A stretch of DNA of 63,699 nucleotides, counting the filler, from Octopus bimaculoides (lineage: Eukaryota), in the NCBI RefSeq assembly GCF_001194135.2. It is 5 parts of 5 records of this genome, joined end to end, with 100 filler letters (N's around TTAATTAATTAA, not from the genome) between each part and the next. Parts side by side here need not be neighbours in the genome. Positions count along the whole stretch, not along the records: positions 42,700 to 55,114 come from NC_068994.1; positions 55,215 to 62,181 come from NW_026322644.1; positions 62,282 to 63,699 come from NW_026434542.1; 2 more parts are not named here. One strand, written 5' to 3'. The position numbers and the translations under genes are program-made. Shown here piece by piece: positions 49,152 through 63,699 of the stretch. The notes beneath the pieces are model-generated. The model was given only the letters and a program-made list of their open reading frames with translations. It was not told the origin of the DNA and searched no databases. Position 1 is the first letter of the stretch. Each line of letters begins with the position of its first letter.

Positions 49152-50703
49152 GTGTGTGGGTGGGTGTGTGTGTGTAAATATGTAGTGTGAGTGTCGTTGA
49201 ATCTATGAGTGCAAGTGTAGTCTAACTGGCCAAGAACCGTTTGAGGCATAAATTTATCCAAATAAACACAAACGATTTCATGACACGAAGCTTGGTTTTG
49301 CGAATAATCTGGTAAGGCAAACTGTACGATCAATCACGTACTTACGCCGGAACGAAGTAACGGAAGAATTGAATATTTTCAGATTAAATATACCAACGAG
49401 ATTCAAGTCACGAGATATTAAAATTTGCTGGAACATCATAGATATTCGACACGTCTACATTGTTTAATAGTAGAGGTCATCAGTAATTATTGTGAAAACA
49501 ATATTCGGAGAAAGGTTGATGGAATTATTTACCGATACACATTTAAAAAAATGAATTTTAAAGCAAGAAACCATGAATATTCCCGAAAGAATTGTCGAAA
49601 CTAGTTTGGTATGAGAATAAATCTATTTAAAAACGTTTTTCAAATTCAGATGTATTTTCAAACCCCAAAACAAATTCTCCCCTATACATATATATATATA
49701 TATATATANNNNNNNNNNNNNNNNNNNNNNNNNNNNNNNNNNNNNNNNNNNNNNNNNNNNNNNNNNNNNNNNNNNNNNNNNNNNNNNNNNNNNNNNNNNN
49801 NNNNNNNNNNNNNNNNNNNNNNNNNNNNNNNNNNNNNNNNNNNNNNNNNNNNNNNNNNNNNNNNNNNNNNNNNNNNNNNNNNNNNNNNNNNNNNNNNNNN
49901 NNNNNNNNNNNNNNNNNNNNNNNNNNNNNNNNNNNNNNNNNNNNNNNNNNNNNNNNNNNNNNNNNNNNNNNNNNNNNNNNNNNNNNNNNNNNNNNNNNNN
50001 NNNNNNNNNNNNNNNNNNNNNNNNNNNNNNNNNNNNNNNNNNNNNNNNNNNNNNNNNNNNNNNNNNNNNNNNNNNNNNNNNNNNNNNNNNNNNNNNNNNN
50101 NNNNNNNNNNNNNNNNNNNNNNNNNNNNNNNNNNNNNNNNNNNNNNNNNNNNNNNNNNNNNNNNNNNNNNNNNNNNNNNNNNNNNNNNNNNNNNNNNNNN
50201 NNNNNNNNNNNNNNNNNNNNNNNNNNNNNNNNNNNNNNNNNNNNNNNNNNNNNNNNNNNNNNNNNNNNNNNNNNNNNNNNNNNNNNNNNNNNNNNNNNNN
50301 NNNNNNNNNNNNNNNNNNNNNNNNNNNNNNNNNNNNNNNNNNNNNNNNNNNNNNNNNNNNNNNNNNNNNNNNNNNNNNNNNNNNNNNNNNNNNNNNNNNN
50401 NNNNNNNNNNNNNNNNNNNNNNNNNNNNNNNNNNNNNNNNNNNNNNNNNNNNNNNNNNNNTATATATATATATATATATATATATTCCCCAATGAGTGGA
50501 CAAACAAAAGAAAATAGGGCACTCAATATATTTAATAGGGCTTGCATGTATTACTGAAATCAAATCGATCCGGCTCCATGCGAAGTAGAGATTCATAGGC
50601 CTCTAAAGACCCGTGTATTTCAGGCTATAGACTACCGGATGGAGAAACACAAGAAATCCAAGATAGCCACCGAAAATTGGGCTATAATATATATTTATAT
50701 ATA

Positions 50704-50919
50704 CGAGGGCGTACTGGAAGTGCCTGGATTTAAGGCCATCACGAAAGGCCTCATTGTGGCCCAAAAATTCTAACTTCTTTTACAGGGCATACAAAAACTG
50801 AAGCACCGCTGCATTAAGTGTGTGAATCTGAGAGTGGATTATCTTGTATAAAATCATGATTAACAAATCCTCCTGTATTTTCTTTTAACCAAAGCCAGGA
50901 AATTTTCAGCACTCCCTGA
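50704..50919 (+). mobile_element. Mariner-derived MITE / internal deletion derivative
   Basis: Imperfect TIRs, TA flanks and residual C-terminus QGIQKLKHRCIKCVNLRVDY. Confidence 0.65.
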
Positions 50920-51237
50920 TATATACAGATTTTGTAATTAATAGTGATCTCAGGTGGTAATAAAACTATAAATGATAGCATGTTAAGTTTGTACTGAAAG
51001 ACCCTTTCGGATAGAGAAAATTGAAGGCTTCGGGTCGTGTCCCAAGGACAAACATCAATTTTTGCTATCCAAAGGGGATTTTGAACACAATATTTACATG
51101 CCTTTGTTTTACTTTTGTGTGTGCTTCGAGACCCACTATTTCAAAAAGGAATTATTTCACACTCTCTAGAAAGGTTATAAAAAGATTATGACGTTAGCAT
51201 TACACACACACTCACACACATGTGTATTTATATTTAC

Positions 51238-51532
<295 letters not shown>

Positions 51533-51979
51533 GTAATATTGATTTCCATTTCTCATTTCGATAACTATTGGTGTTACGTAACAGTGATGTCACAAAAACA
51601 ATTATTACTTTATGGAATTGCAAGTTTCAACGTAATACTTGGGAATGATACGCAGGAGATGCCTGTGTATAGTTATACAGGGTACCCCGAAAGTAGGTTT
51701 ACAGCTATCATGTAGGCACTTTAAGTTTCTTTTAAAGCATTTTATCACATTTAAATTTCTATCTTACAAACTGAAAAGGGAGCCTGACAACATATATATA
51801 TATATATTAATAAATTATAGGGTGGCAAAGAAAATTTTAGAAATTTTATTTACCACCAGTGGCCTAGCGAGAGTAAAAACAGTCAGTAGACTATGTATTA
51901 TTCATTAGAAATGCAGAGACGCCTATAATAGGACATCTACTCGCTAGAAATAGCAGCAAAAATACTACATATATATAAT

Positions 51980-52018
<39 letters not shown>

Positions 52019-52574
52019 TGTGTCGTGCGTTTTTGTACGTCTGTGCGTATATATGCATATATATATTTACACACTCACACGCGTATATTCATTTAAGTAT
52101 CTACATTGTATCTACATACGTACGTATGCGTATGTGTGGGTGTCCGCACGAGTTGCCTAACTTTCAATAAGTTTTTAGTATCAAGTTGATATCTGGCGCA
52201 CATTATCTACCCTTACGGACATGTTAGTGCACTCCACTCACGGTTCACTTTCTCTCTGGGAGATCACGAACCCTTTCAGGAAATTCCTGAGTTGTGTAGT
52301 TCTCCGTCTTCGTTGAATTACTTTCATTCCTCACACCAATTGATGTACGAAGCAAGACCCCCAAAAAAGAGTGGGAATAGCTGTAGACAAACCTTTGCCA
52401 CTCTAATCAAATCACTCGATGGGTTGTCCAATATTACAGTTCATATGTTATCACTGTTGAATTCCAAACCTAAGGCAGTTTAGCAGACCCGTTGTGGACA
52501 TTAGTATTGAGAGGATTGTTGTGCAATTTCATCAGTGTCACGCGAGGAAGTCGACGAAACATTTACACCGTATA

Positions 52575-52600
52575 TATGAGTGCGTGTACGTGTGTGTGCA

Positions 52601-52684
<84 letters not shown>

Positions 52685-52897
52685 TGTATATATATATTTA
52701 TATACACATATATATGGATGGATGAATGGGTGAATATACATATGTATACATATATAATTATACATACATACATACATACATGCATGCATATATACATACT
52801 GATATGTATGCATATATGTGTGCATATATATGTATATAAATATGTCTGTTTCTGCCTATTTTTTATATATTTATATTCATAATACATCATGCTAACG

Positions 52898-52955
<58 letters not shown>

Positions 52956-53455
52956 CATATATATGTACGCAGTCACATATGTGTGTTTGTATGAGTGCGT
53001 ATATATGTGTGAGTTTGCTTGTGTGCACACACAGAGACAAAGAGAGAGAGAAGGCATAAAGAAATTATACGGCAGTTTAGATAGGGAAAAAGATGGAAAC
53101 TGAAAAGACAGAGAAAACGGAGTATACGAACCACATACAGTTGACAGTTTTTTAAAGATATTACACAAGTACTCGATACGAAAGAGAAATGAAACAAAGA
53201 CATGGACAAAAAAAAAAGTAACAAAAAGTGTGAGTCGGACAGAGAGAGACAGAGAGAGTGAGATGACGATTTAGGCACGCAGTCAGGCATGCAGACAGAT
53301 AAATAGTAATGAATATAAAAAGAAACCGGTGAGAGAAGGAAAAGGGTGAGACACAAACACGGGATATTTGAAAGACTTTGATAGAAATAGCTATAAACTG
53401 ACTTATAAAGTTACATACATACATGCATACATATAAACCTACATACATACATATA

Positions 53456-53494
<39 letters not shown>

Positions 53495-53676
53495 GCATAT
53501 ATATATTGCGTGTGTGTGTGTGTGTGTGTACATATATACATACATACGTATACATATATACATACACATTTGTATATATATATATATGCGTATAAACTAA
53601 AGGGGTGGAGGGAGGGATAAAGAGTGATAAATATTGAGTAATGGAGAATGATTGAGACACATAAGATAAATGTACA

Positions 53677-53717
<41 letters not shown>

Positions 53718-53718
53718 T

Positions 53719-53766
<48 letters not shown>

Positions 53767-54095
53767 TATACACATGTTGCATTCCCAGAAACAGGGAAAT
53801 TACAAAACAGAGTCACATTGACACGCAAACTTATGACATATTTACATTAGTATTTTCATATGTATGTATATGTATTTGTGTGTGTGCATGCATATACACA
53901 AATATATATTCACATTTTATGTATATGTATATATGGTAAGACAAATATACAGATACTCAATTACACATACAAACACTTGTAAATATTCATGCATATGTTT
54001 ACGCATATACACACAGACATGCACACACCCACATAATTATATGAATATTTACGTACATATATGTACATATATGTGTATATATGTTTGCTTGTTTC

Positions 54096-54130
<35 letters not shown>

Positions 54131-54266
54131 ATGTATCTACTGTCTGTCTGACAGTATACACATCGTTATGCATACTTCAACTCTAATATAATTTTGTGTA
54201 TATGCATGAATATATACTCACATAAAAATGTACATATCCACATACCTACGCATACACACACACACG

Positions 54267-54355
<89 letters not shown>

Positions 54356-55026
54356 CTACGTGTATATTGATAAAGAGAGGGCTAGAGAAGAAGAGGGAGT
54401 TTAGTGGGAGAGAGATAGAGTACAAATAAATGTGAAAAAGTGATTAAGGGTGCGTGAATATAAAATTCTGGTACAAAATACACCTATTGGTGTAAAAACG
54501 GAAAAAGAAAAAAAGGGGAGAGAGTGAGATGTAAATTAACTAAGTGAGAGAGAGGGGGGAGTGAGAGAGAGAGGGGGAGTGAGAGGAAAGATGGAGCGGA
54601 AGATTGAAAGCCGAAACACAGTAAGAATTCAAAGTTGAATAAAAACTAGGAAGAAACAGAATGATTAAGAAGAGGAATAGAGGAAGAGACATGAGAAGGG
54701 GGCGGCGGTGGTAGATGCTGGAGAAGCTGCAGATGAAGGTGTAATTGTATGTTACATACGTACATTCATACATACATACATACGTACATACACACGTACG
54801 TACATACGTACATGCGAACGTACGTAAGTACGTACATACATAGAAACGTACGTACAGGCATTCACACATACGTGCATACATATAGAGATATACATTAATA
54901 TATATAGATATACACATATATATATATATATATAATCTATGTGTGTATGTATATGTTTAACCTATGTCTGTATGTTTATACATATGTGTGTATATATATT
55001 TACCTTCATATACATCCATACCTATG

Positions 55027-55102
<76 letters not shown>

Positions 55103-55214
55103 TATACATATACANNNNNNNNNNNNNNNNNNNNNNNNNNNNNNNNNNNNNNNNNNNNTTAATTAATTAANNNNNNNNNNNNNNNNNNNNNNNNNNNNNN
55201 NNNNNNNNNNNNNN

Positions 55215-55251
<37 letters not shown>

Positions 55252-55570
55252 TACAAATCCAGCTATATATATACAAGTGTATAGCTAGACATACATATTA
55301 TGTATGTGTGTCTGTGTCTCTGTGTGTATACACATAAACATACTCACCCATTAACAGACATACTTTGTAATACGCATGTATATACACACACGTGACCTTT
55401 TAAATCATGCCACAGGAAGCCATTCTACGTATGACTGTGGTCGTGAAAGATGCATTGTGACTGCGATGGAATGGCGGCTTCGACGACATGAAGGAGTAGC
55501 AACCGAGCCAGAGGAGAAGTGAGAGGTGGAGATAGTGTGGCGGAAATACGTAGATCGGTTNNNNNNNNNN

Positions 55571-55612
<42 letters not shown>

Positions 55613-55800
55613 ATTGTGAATATATTCTTTCATGCCATTACACAGATACGTACATGTGCCCTCGTACACAGATACCCCAAATATATAACATACACACACA
55701 CACGCATATATATATATATACATATCATGTATGTATACGTCTTCTGACATTTACTCTTGTATACGTAGTTACACTCATGTATATATGCGTGTATGCGTGA

Positions 55801-55839
<39 letters not shown>

Positions 55840-55921
55840 TGTGTGTGTATGTCTGTGTGTGTGTATATATATATATATATATACATATATATAGTTGTGT
55901 ATGTATGTATATATATATATG

Positions 55922-55978
<57 letters not shown>

Positions 55979-55985
55979 GTATATN
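52575..55985. repeat. Dense field of (TA)n/(CA)n/(TACA)n microsatellites
   Basis: Direct reading. Explains the YI/HT/VC ORFs in the track. Confidence 0.9.
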
Positions 55986-56632
55986 NNNNNNNNNNNNNNN
56001 NNNNNNNNNNNNNNNNNNNNNNNNNNNNNNNNNNNNNNNNNNNNNNNNNNNNNNNNNNNNNNNNNNNNNNNNNNNNNNNNNNNNNNNNNNNNNNNNNNNN
56101 NNNNNNNNNNNNNNNNNNNNNNNNNNNNNNNNNNNNNNNNNNNNNNNNNNNNNNNNNNNNNNNNNNNNNNNNNNNNNNNNNNNNNNNNNNNNNNNNNNNN
56201 NNNNNNNNNNNNNNNNNNNNNNNNNNNNNNNNNNNNNNNNNNNNNNNNNNNNNNNNNNNNNNNNNNNNNNNNNNNNNNNNNNNNNNNNNNNNNGATCGGT
56301 TTTAAAACGGATGGGGAGCAGGAGGAGGTAGTTCATGAAGGAAGATTAGGCGTAGTAGGAGGATTGGGAGGATGAGGGAGGCGAAGCAGCTGAGTAAATG
56401 GGGGGGGGGGTTGGATATGTGAGAAGAAGAGAGATAGAGAGAGAGAGTAAACGTACTGATTGATAGGGAGGCGTGGGAAGAGGGAAAACACTGTTTGTGA
56501 TAGGTGGGTCTCGTGTATGAGAATGTATTGGTATCGATTTGTAGATGGTGCTCCAGTACGGCCGCAGTCCAATGACTGAGACAAGTAAATAAATGAAAGA
56601 ATATTATGTATGCGCGTGTGTAAATCTAGTTG

Positions 56633-56860
56633 TCTATCACGATTGCGAGATCATGGGTTCGATTCTCAGACCGGGCGTTGCGTTGTGTTCTTGAGCAAAG
56701 CACTTCATTTCACGCTGCTCTGCGACCATTTCGTCATCTGACATGTGGTACCCATTTGCACCTGTATAGGTAATGTCGATCTGATGGAGGGATTATGTGC
56801 AACACAAACATTTGATCAATATAAATAAATCATCTGTGTGGTTGTTCGATAAGAAATACT
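56633..56860 (+). mobile_element. Family C SINE
   Basis: gatcatgggttcgattc..ttgagcaaagcacttcatttcac. Confidence 0.7.
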
Positions 56861-56898
56861 CGAATCTTCATACGCCGCCAAACAATGGGAGTGTCCAT

Positions 56899-56930
<32 letters not shown>

Positions 56931-57247
56931 GCAAAAATTTAGATTCAGATGAATATGGTACTTAAGTTGAAGCACCAGAATTTTGGACGGTATTATCCAT
57001 ACAATTTCAAAGTAAGGTGATTAAAATCAAAATAAGCAACAAGGATATCCAGAGATAATGCAGTACGATCGTTTTATGCAACTCCATTTAATTGAACAAT
57101 GCAACCATTACATCAATTTAAAATGCAGAGCAATCCTTAGTTGCACAAAGACATAGAATTTAATTAAATTTGAATAGATGGACACATTAGTATAATCATA
57201 CTTAAAATCTCTAAAAAGTTAAGGAGATAGACAAAGAACATGTTCTT

Positions 57248-57278
<31 letters not shown>

Positions 57279-58461
57279 CCATACAGATATGGTGGGCATC
57301 TACACCGTTTGCACCCACAAAACTCACTCGCCCAAAGTACCGCGCAGTGGGCAGTGGGATTGAACCTGGAACCATGTAGTTGCAAAACGAGCATATCAAC
57401 CATATACCTGCACCAAAATACACACACACACACACACAAACACACAAGCACAAAACACACCATAAAGCAATCATTTCAATCTTCTCACAGAATTCCTCCA
57501 ATCTATCGCTTTGGATTTCTAATCTTTTCACCGACGCAGAAAGAAAAAAAAAATGAATCTTAAACTGACCTCGCCTGGATTTGAACTCAGAACACAAAGA
57601 AAAACTCTCAGAACAAACGCTTCAAGATATTCTATCAGCCGCTTCTAAAGAGTCTGTCATTTCTTTGCCTAGATGCAATGAACGAGTTCATTTGAAGTCC
57701 CTCGTTCATTCGTGTTGCCATATTCGATTGTCAGANNNNNNNNNNNNNNNNNNNNNNNNNNNNNNNNNNNNNNNNNNNNNNNNNNNNNNNNNNNNNNNNN
57801 NNNNNNNNNNNNNNNNNNNNNNNNNNNNNNNNNNNNNNNNNNNNNNNNNNNNNNNNNNNNNNNNNNNNNNNNNNNNNNNNNNNNNNNNNNNNNNNNNNNN
57901 NNNNNNNNNNNNNNNNNNNNNNNNNNNNNNNNNNNNNNNNNNNNNNNNNNNNNNNNNNNNNNNNNNNNNNNNNNNNNNNNNNNNNNNNNNNNNNNNNNNN
58001 NNNNNNNNNNNNNNNNNNNNNNNNNNNNNNNNNNNNNNNNNNNNNNNNNNNNNNNNNNNNNNNNNNNNNNNNNNNNNNNNNNNNNNNNNNNNNNNNNNNN
58101 NNNNNNNNNNNNNNNNNNNNNNNNNNNNNNNNNNNNNNNNNNNNNNNNNNNNNNNNNNNNNNNNNNNNNNNNNNNNNNNNNNNNNNNNNNNNNNNNNNNN
58201 NNNNNNNNNNNNNNNNNNNNNNNNNNNNNNNNNNNNNNNNNNNNNNNNNNNNNNNNNNNNNNNNNNNNNNNNNNNNNNNNNNNNNNNNNNNNNNNNNNNN
58301 NNNNNNNNNNNNNNNNNNNNNNNNNNNNNNNNNNNNNNNNNNNNNNNNNNNNNNNNNNNNNNNNNNNNNNNNNNNNNNNNNNNNNNNNNNNNNNNNNNNN
58401 NNNNNNNNNNNNNNNNNNNNNNNNNNNNNNNNNNNNNNNNNNNNNNNNNNNNNNNNNNNNN

Positions 58462-58519
<58 letters not shown>

Positions 58520-58814
58520 GATAGATAGATCGATAGATAGATAGATATTACGTATTTAGGTGTGGTTGTAATTTACTTATTGAATTTATTTATTTTCGAT
58601 ACGGTTGTACATAGGGTAAATGTGTTTGAAAGTTGTGATTTCTTTGTTTGTTCACAAGCAACACTTATTTTAGCGCAGTTGACACCGCAAGGTTGAATGG
58701 TACTGCGCTGGTGTCGAAACCATAATGATATCCATGGGGCAGCTGATGATGGAGGTATGTCGGATTGTTGGTATGGCTGTGGAATAGTATTATAACACAT
58801 CTTTTTGATATATA

Positions 58815-58970
58815 TATGTGTGTGTGTGTGTGTGTGTTTGTGTGTCTGTATTTGTCCCACGACCATCGCTTGACAACCGATGTTGGTGTGTTTGCGTCCT
58901 CGCAACATTAACGTTACGGCAAGAGAGACCGATAGAATAAGTACTAGGCTTACAAAGAATAAGTCCTGGA
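58815..58970 (+). mobile_element. Family B SINE 3' part
   Basis: gcttgacaaccgatgttggtgtg..gagaccgatagaataagtactagg. Confidence 0.8.
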
Positions 58971-59672
58971 AATAGATGAAAAACAAGACAAGTAACATAA
59001 AGAACGACCCTTCATCAGTTGTCGGTTGTTTTATCTACTCCGCATTTCGAGCAATATATATACGATAAGCTTCTTTCATTTTTTTTTGTGGTTCCCCATA
59101 ATGATATCTGTATGTATGTATGTATGTATGTATGTATTCTTCATGAAAAATTTAAGGGTGCTACTCGAAAGCGCACTGCTGGTGTAGGGAACGGGTAAAG
59201 CTTGGTCTGCAATGTTTACAGTCGTGTATACTGGTCAATAGCAGGGCTCTCTAGCCACCAACGGAGCCGCAAATGCAAAGTATAAGTTAGTCGTAGGGCG
59301 CACAATGTTCCTGAAGGTCAGCAATTGTCTTCCTCGGTCACGAGTGGACGGCCGTCATGTATGTATGTCATTAATCAGTTTCTTTCAAGATTTCTCGCCG
59401 ATAGAGAAAGAGCCGGCTTCTAACCAAGATCCAAGGATTCTGCATAGGAATTTCAACAACATCAACAGGTTATTTTGGTGGGTATGTATGTATGTATATA
59501 TGTATGTATGTATATCATTATTCAGTTTTGTTTCAAGATTTCTTGCCAATAGAGGAAGAGTTTGTTTCTAACCTAGATCCAAGGATCCTTCATAGGAACT
59601 TCAACATCAACAGGGTATTTTTGTAGGTATAGATGCATGAATGTATGTATATACGTACGTATGTATGTGTAT

Positions 59673-60023
59673 GTGCAGGTTTGTATGTTTTGTTTCATGT
59701 GTGTATTCTCATGCATATATTTGTATATCTAGACATGCTCATATATATTTAAATGATAAACTTCTGGAAAGTTTTACAGATCTTTACAGTTCCACTGATG
59801 GCTTGGATCTGTAGTCTTCGAATCAGCTTTCTCCTTTCTGGTTTTGAGAAGCCTAATTGCTCAAGATTGGTATTTAGGCAGTGTGATACATATCCCAGTG
59901 CCCCCAATAATTACAGGTATAAACCTGAACTTCAAATCTGGATAGAGTAACTGCCGATTTTCTTTTTCGCTGAATTTTAAGCTTTATGTTAACTTCCGCT
60001 GGGCAGCTGAGTTCCACAACTGC
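59673..60023 (-). mobile_element. Second copy of the (CATA)n-embedded RLE LINE
   Basis: AVVELSCPAEVNIKLKIQRK../LYPDLKFRFIPVIIGALG. Similar to 31831-32116. TATG-type repeats on both flanks. Confidence 0.85.
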
Positions 60024-61934
60024 ATGTATGCATGCCTGTATGTATGCATGTATGTATATATGTATGTATCTATGTATGCATGTATGTATGTATGTATGCA
60101 TGCCTGTATGTATGCATGTATCTATACATAAATGTATGTATGTATCTATGTATGCATGTATGTATGTATGCATGCATGCATGAATGTATGTATGTATGTA
60201 TGTATGTATGTATGTATGTATGTATGTATGTATGTATGTATGTATGTATGTATCCAGATCTATATACTAGTAGATATTGGTTGTCAGATAAATTCGCTCG
60301 TTTCTTTCCAATGATATTTGAATTAACAGGAAAAATATTTTCAGTCGTAATATTTTATGAGTTCTGTTTACCATATCTTTGGGGNNNNNNNNNNNNNNNN
60401 NNNNNNNNNNNNNNNNNNNNNNNNNNNNNNNNNNNNNNNNNNNNNNNNNNNNNNNNNNNNNNNNNNNNNNNNNNNNNNNNNNNNNNNNNNNNNNNNNNNN
60501 NNNNNNNNNNNNNNNNNNNNNNNNNNNNNNNNNNNNNNNNNNNNNNNNNNNNNNNNNNNNNNNNNNNNNNNNNNNNNNNNNNNNNNNNNNNNNNNNNNNN
60601 NNNNNNNNNNNNNNNNNNNNNNNNNNNNNNNNNNNNNNNNNNNNNNNNNNNNNNNNNNNNNNNNNNNNNNNNNNNNNNNNNNNNNNNNNNNNNNNNNNNN
60701 NNNNNNNNNNNNNNNNNNNNNNNNNNNNNNNNNNNNNNNNNNNNNNNNNNNNNNNNNNNNNNNNNNNNNNNNNNNNNNNNNNNNNNNNNNNNNNNNNNNN
60801 NNNNNNNNNNNNNNNNNNNNNNNNNNNNNNNNNNNNNNNNNNNNNNNNNNNNNNNNNNNNNNNNNNNNNNNNNNNNNNNNNNNNNNNNNNNNNNNNNNNN
60901 NNNNNNNNNNNNNNNNNNNNNNNNNNNNNNNNNNNNNNNNNNNNNNNNNNNNNNNNNNNNNNNNNNNNNNNNNNNNNNNNNNNNNNNNNNNNNNNNNNNN
61001 NNNNNNNNNNNNNNNNNNNNNNNNNNNNNNNNNNNNNNNNNNNNNNNNNNNNNNNNNNNNNNNNNNNNNNNNNNNNNNNNNNNNNNNNNNNNNNNNNNNN
61101 NNNNNNNNNNNNNNNNNNNNNNNNNNNNNNNNNNNNNNNNNNNNNNNNNNNNNNNNNNNNNNNNNNNNNNNNNNNNNNNNNNNNNNNNNNNNNNNNNNNN
61201 NNNNNNNNNNNNNNNNNNNNNNNNNNNNNNNNNNNNNTATATATATATATATATGCGTGTGTGTGTACACATATACATATATATTTGTAGATATATTTCG
61301 TTATACATTCATTATACATACATGTGTATGCATATATATATATGTATATATATATACACACATATGTATATGCAAATATATATATACTTCAAAAACACAC
61401 ACGACAACCTATTATAATATATGTCTGTGTAAGAATGTATATATATATATGTATATATGTATATATATATGTAAATGTACGTATATATGTACATGTATAC
61501 ATATATAGATATATTTGTGTAGATATATTCTTACTATTTATATATGTGTGGATATAGATATGCATACATATATATATATATATATATAAACATATATGTA
61601 TCTATGTATATATATATGCACATATATATATACATATGTATGTGTGTGTGTGTGTGTGTGTGTGTGCGTGCGTGTTTATGATTACCATATTAAAAATTTC
61701 AAAGAAAAGCGGCAGAGAAACGTCACAGAGAAATATCACATTTTTTTCAGTGATATTCGAATATTGTCCATGTGCAGACATATGACCAAACTTCTATTGA
61801 AGAGTATAGGAATGCCTCTTACATCCGACAATGAGTTCAAGATCAAAGACTTGTCTCCTCTAAATTGCTTAATAAGAAATCCATATATCAAGTATTAATT
61901 ACGTTTGATTTCATTACAGGTGTGCTCTTAACGA

Positions 61935-62181
61935 AAGGATGAAAGGCAAAGTCGACATCGGCAAAATTTGAACTCAGAACGTAACGGCATACGAAATACC
62001 GCTAAGCCTTTCGGTGAGCTAACGTTTCTTATTTCTTTATTGCCCACAAGGGGCTAAACATAGAGGGGACAAACAAGGACAGACAAAGGTATTAAGTCGA
62101 TTACATTGACCTCAGTGCATAACTGGTACTTAATTTATCGACCCCGAAAGGATGAAAGGCAAAGTCGACCTCGGCAGAATT
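61935..62181 (-). mobile_element. Family A SINE copies
   Basis: gatgaaaggcaaagtcgac occurs twice. Confidence 0.8.
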
Positions 62182-62281
62182 NNNNNNNNNNNNNNNNNNN
62201 NNNNNNNNNNNNNNNNNNNNNNNNNTTAATTAATTAANNNNNNNNNNNNNNNNNNNNNNNNNNNNNNNNNNNNNNNNNNNN

Positions 62282-63699
62282 ATCATCATCATCCATCCAT
62301 CATCATCATCCATCATCATCATCCATCATCATCATCCATCCAACATCCATCCATCCATCATCCATCCATCATCATCCATTTATCGTCATCCATCATCATC
62401 ATCCATCATCATCATCACCACCNNNNNNNNNNATCCATTTATCGTCATCCATCATCATCATCCATCATCATCATCACCACCACCACCACAACAACAACAA
62501 CAACCGCCACCACCCCACCACCATTATTGTTATCCATCATCATCCATCATCATCATCCATCGATCATCATCCATCGATCATCATCCATTCATTCATCATC
62601 CATCCATCACCATCCATCCATCAATCATCATCAATCAATCACCATCAATCACCATCAATCATCAATCATCAATCACCATCAATCACCATCAATCACCGTC
62701 AATCACCATCAATCACCATCAATCATGGTCNNNNNNNNNNNNNNNNNNNNNNNNNNNNNNNNNNNNNNNNNNNNNNNNNNNNNNNNNNNNNNNNNNNNNN
62801 NNNNNNNNNNNNNNNNNNNNNNNNNNNNNNNNNNNNNNNNNNNNNNNNNNNNNNNNNNNNNNNNNNNNNNNNNNNNNNNNNNNNNNNNNNNNNNNNNNNN
62901 NNNNNNNNNNNNNNNNNNNNNNNNNNNNNNNNNNNNNNNNNNNNNNNNNNNNNNNNNNNNTCATCATCATTCCATCATCATCATCCATCCATCATCATCA
63001 TCCATCCATCCATCCATCATCATCATCCATTCATCATCATCCATCATCATCCATCATCATCATCATCCATCATCATCATCCATCATCATCATCNNNNNNN
63101 NNNCATCATCCATCATCATCATCATCCATCATCATCATCCATCATCATCATCACCACCACCACCACCACCACAACCACCACCACTCCACCACCACTCCAC
63201 CACCACTCAACCACCGTTATTGTTATCCATCATCATCATCCATCATCATCATCATCCATCATCATCATCATCCATCATCATCCATCGATCATCATCCATC
63301 CATTCATCATCCATCCATCACCATCCATCCATCATCATCTATCAATCATCAATCATCAATCATCAATCACCATCAATCACCATCAATCACAACCAATCAC
63401 CATCAATCACTATCCATCACCACCAATCACCATCAATCACCATCAATCACCATCAATCACCATCAATGATCATCAATCACCGTCAATCAACATCAATCAT
63501 CATCAATCATCCATCATCCATCATTCATCGTCCATCATCCATCATCCAACATCCATCATCATCCATCATCCAACATCCATCATCATCCATCATCATCATC
63601 CATCATCATCATCATCCATCATCATCCATCATCCATCCATCATCATCCATCATCATCATCATCCATCATCATCCATCATCATCATCATCATCATCATCA
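62282..63699. repeat. Compound (CAT)/(CATC)/(ATCACCATCA) satellite
   Basis: Direct reading; sub-blocks recur. Confidence 0.9.

Noticed and set aside
49340-49425. Possible 82-nt minus-strand exon with GTAAGT donor
   Set aside because: Short, no recognisable peptide and a weak acceptor; expected by chance.

Overview
AT-rich, gap-rich eukaryotic DNA made almost entirely of interspersed repeats and microsatellites. The repeat families look like those of a coleoid cephalopod, probably Octopus (my recognition, not a database result). No host protein-coding gene, rRNA, true tRNA gene or CRISPR array can be supported. Most ORF-track entries are N-run, microsatellite or antisense-repeat artefacts. 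Supported content: (1) eight 5'-truncated R4/Dong-like RLE LINE fragments at (TAA)n tracts, all in one polarity; (2) a second RLE LINE family, both copies sitting in (CATA)n; (3) L1/Tx1, CRE-like and Penelope-like fragments; (4) a full-length decayed Tigger/pogo transposon, mariner/Tc1 and possible hAT remnants, and MITEs; (5) a solo LTR with TSD plus a two-LTR element; (6) many tRNA-derived SINEs; (7) fold-back palindromes and a TTCCAGGAA/kB-rich minisatellite. The most interesting observation is a repeat that couples a tRNA-like Pol III module to a minimal hammerhead-ribozyme motif, with one copy ending at the predicted cleavage site. Coordinates were read by eye; edges of decayed repeats are approximate.
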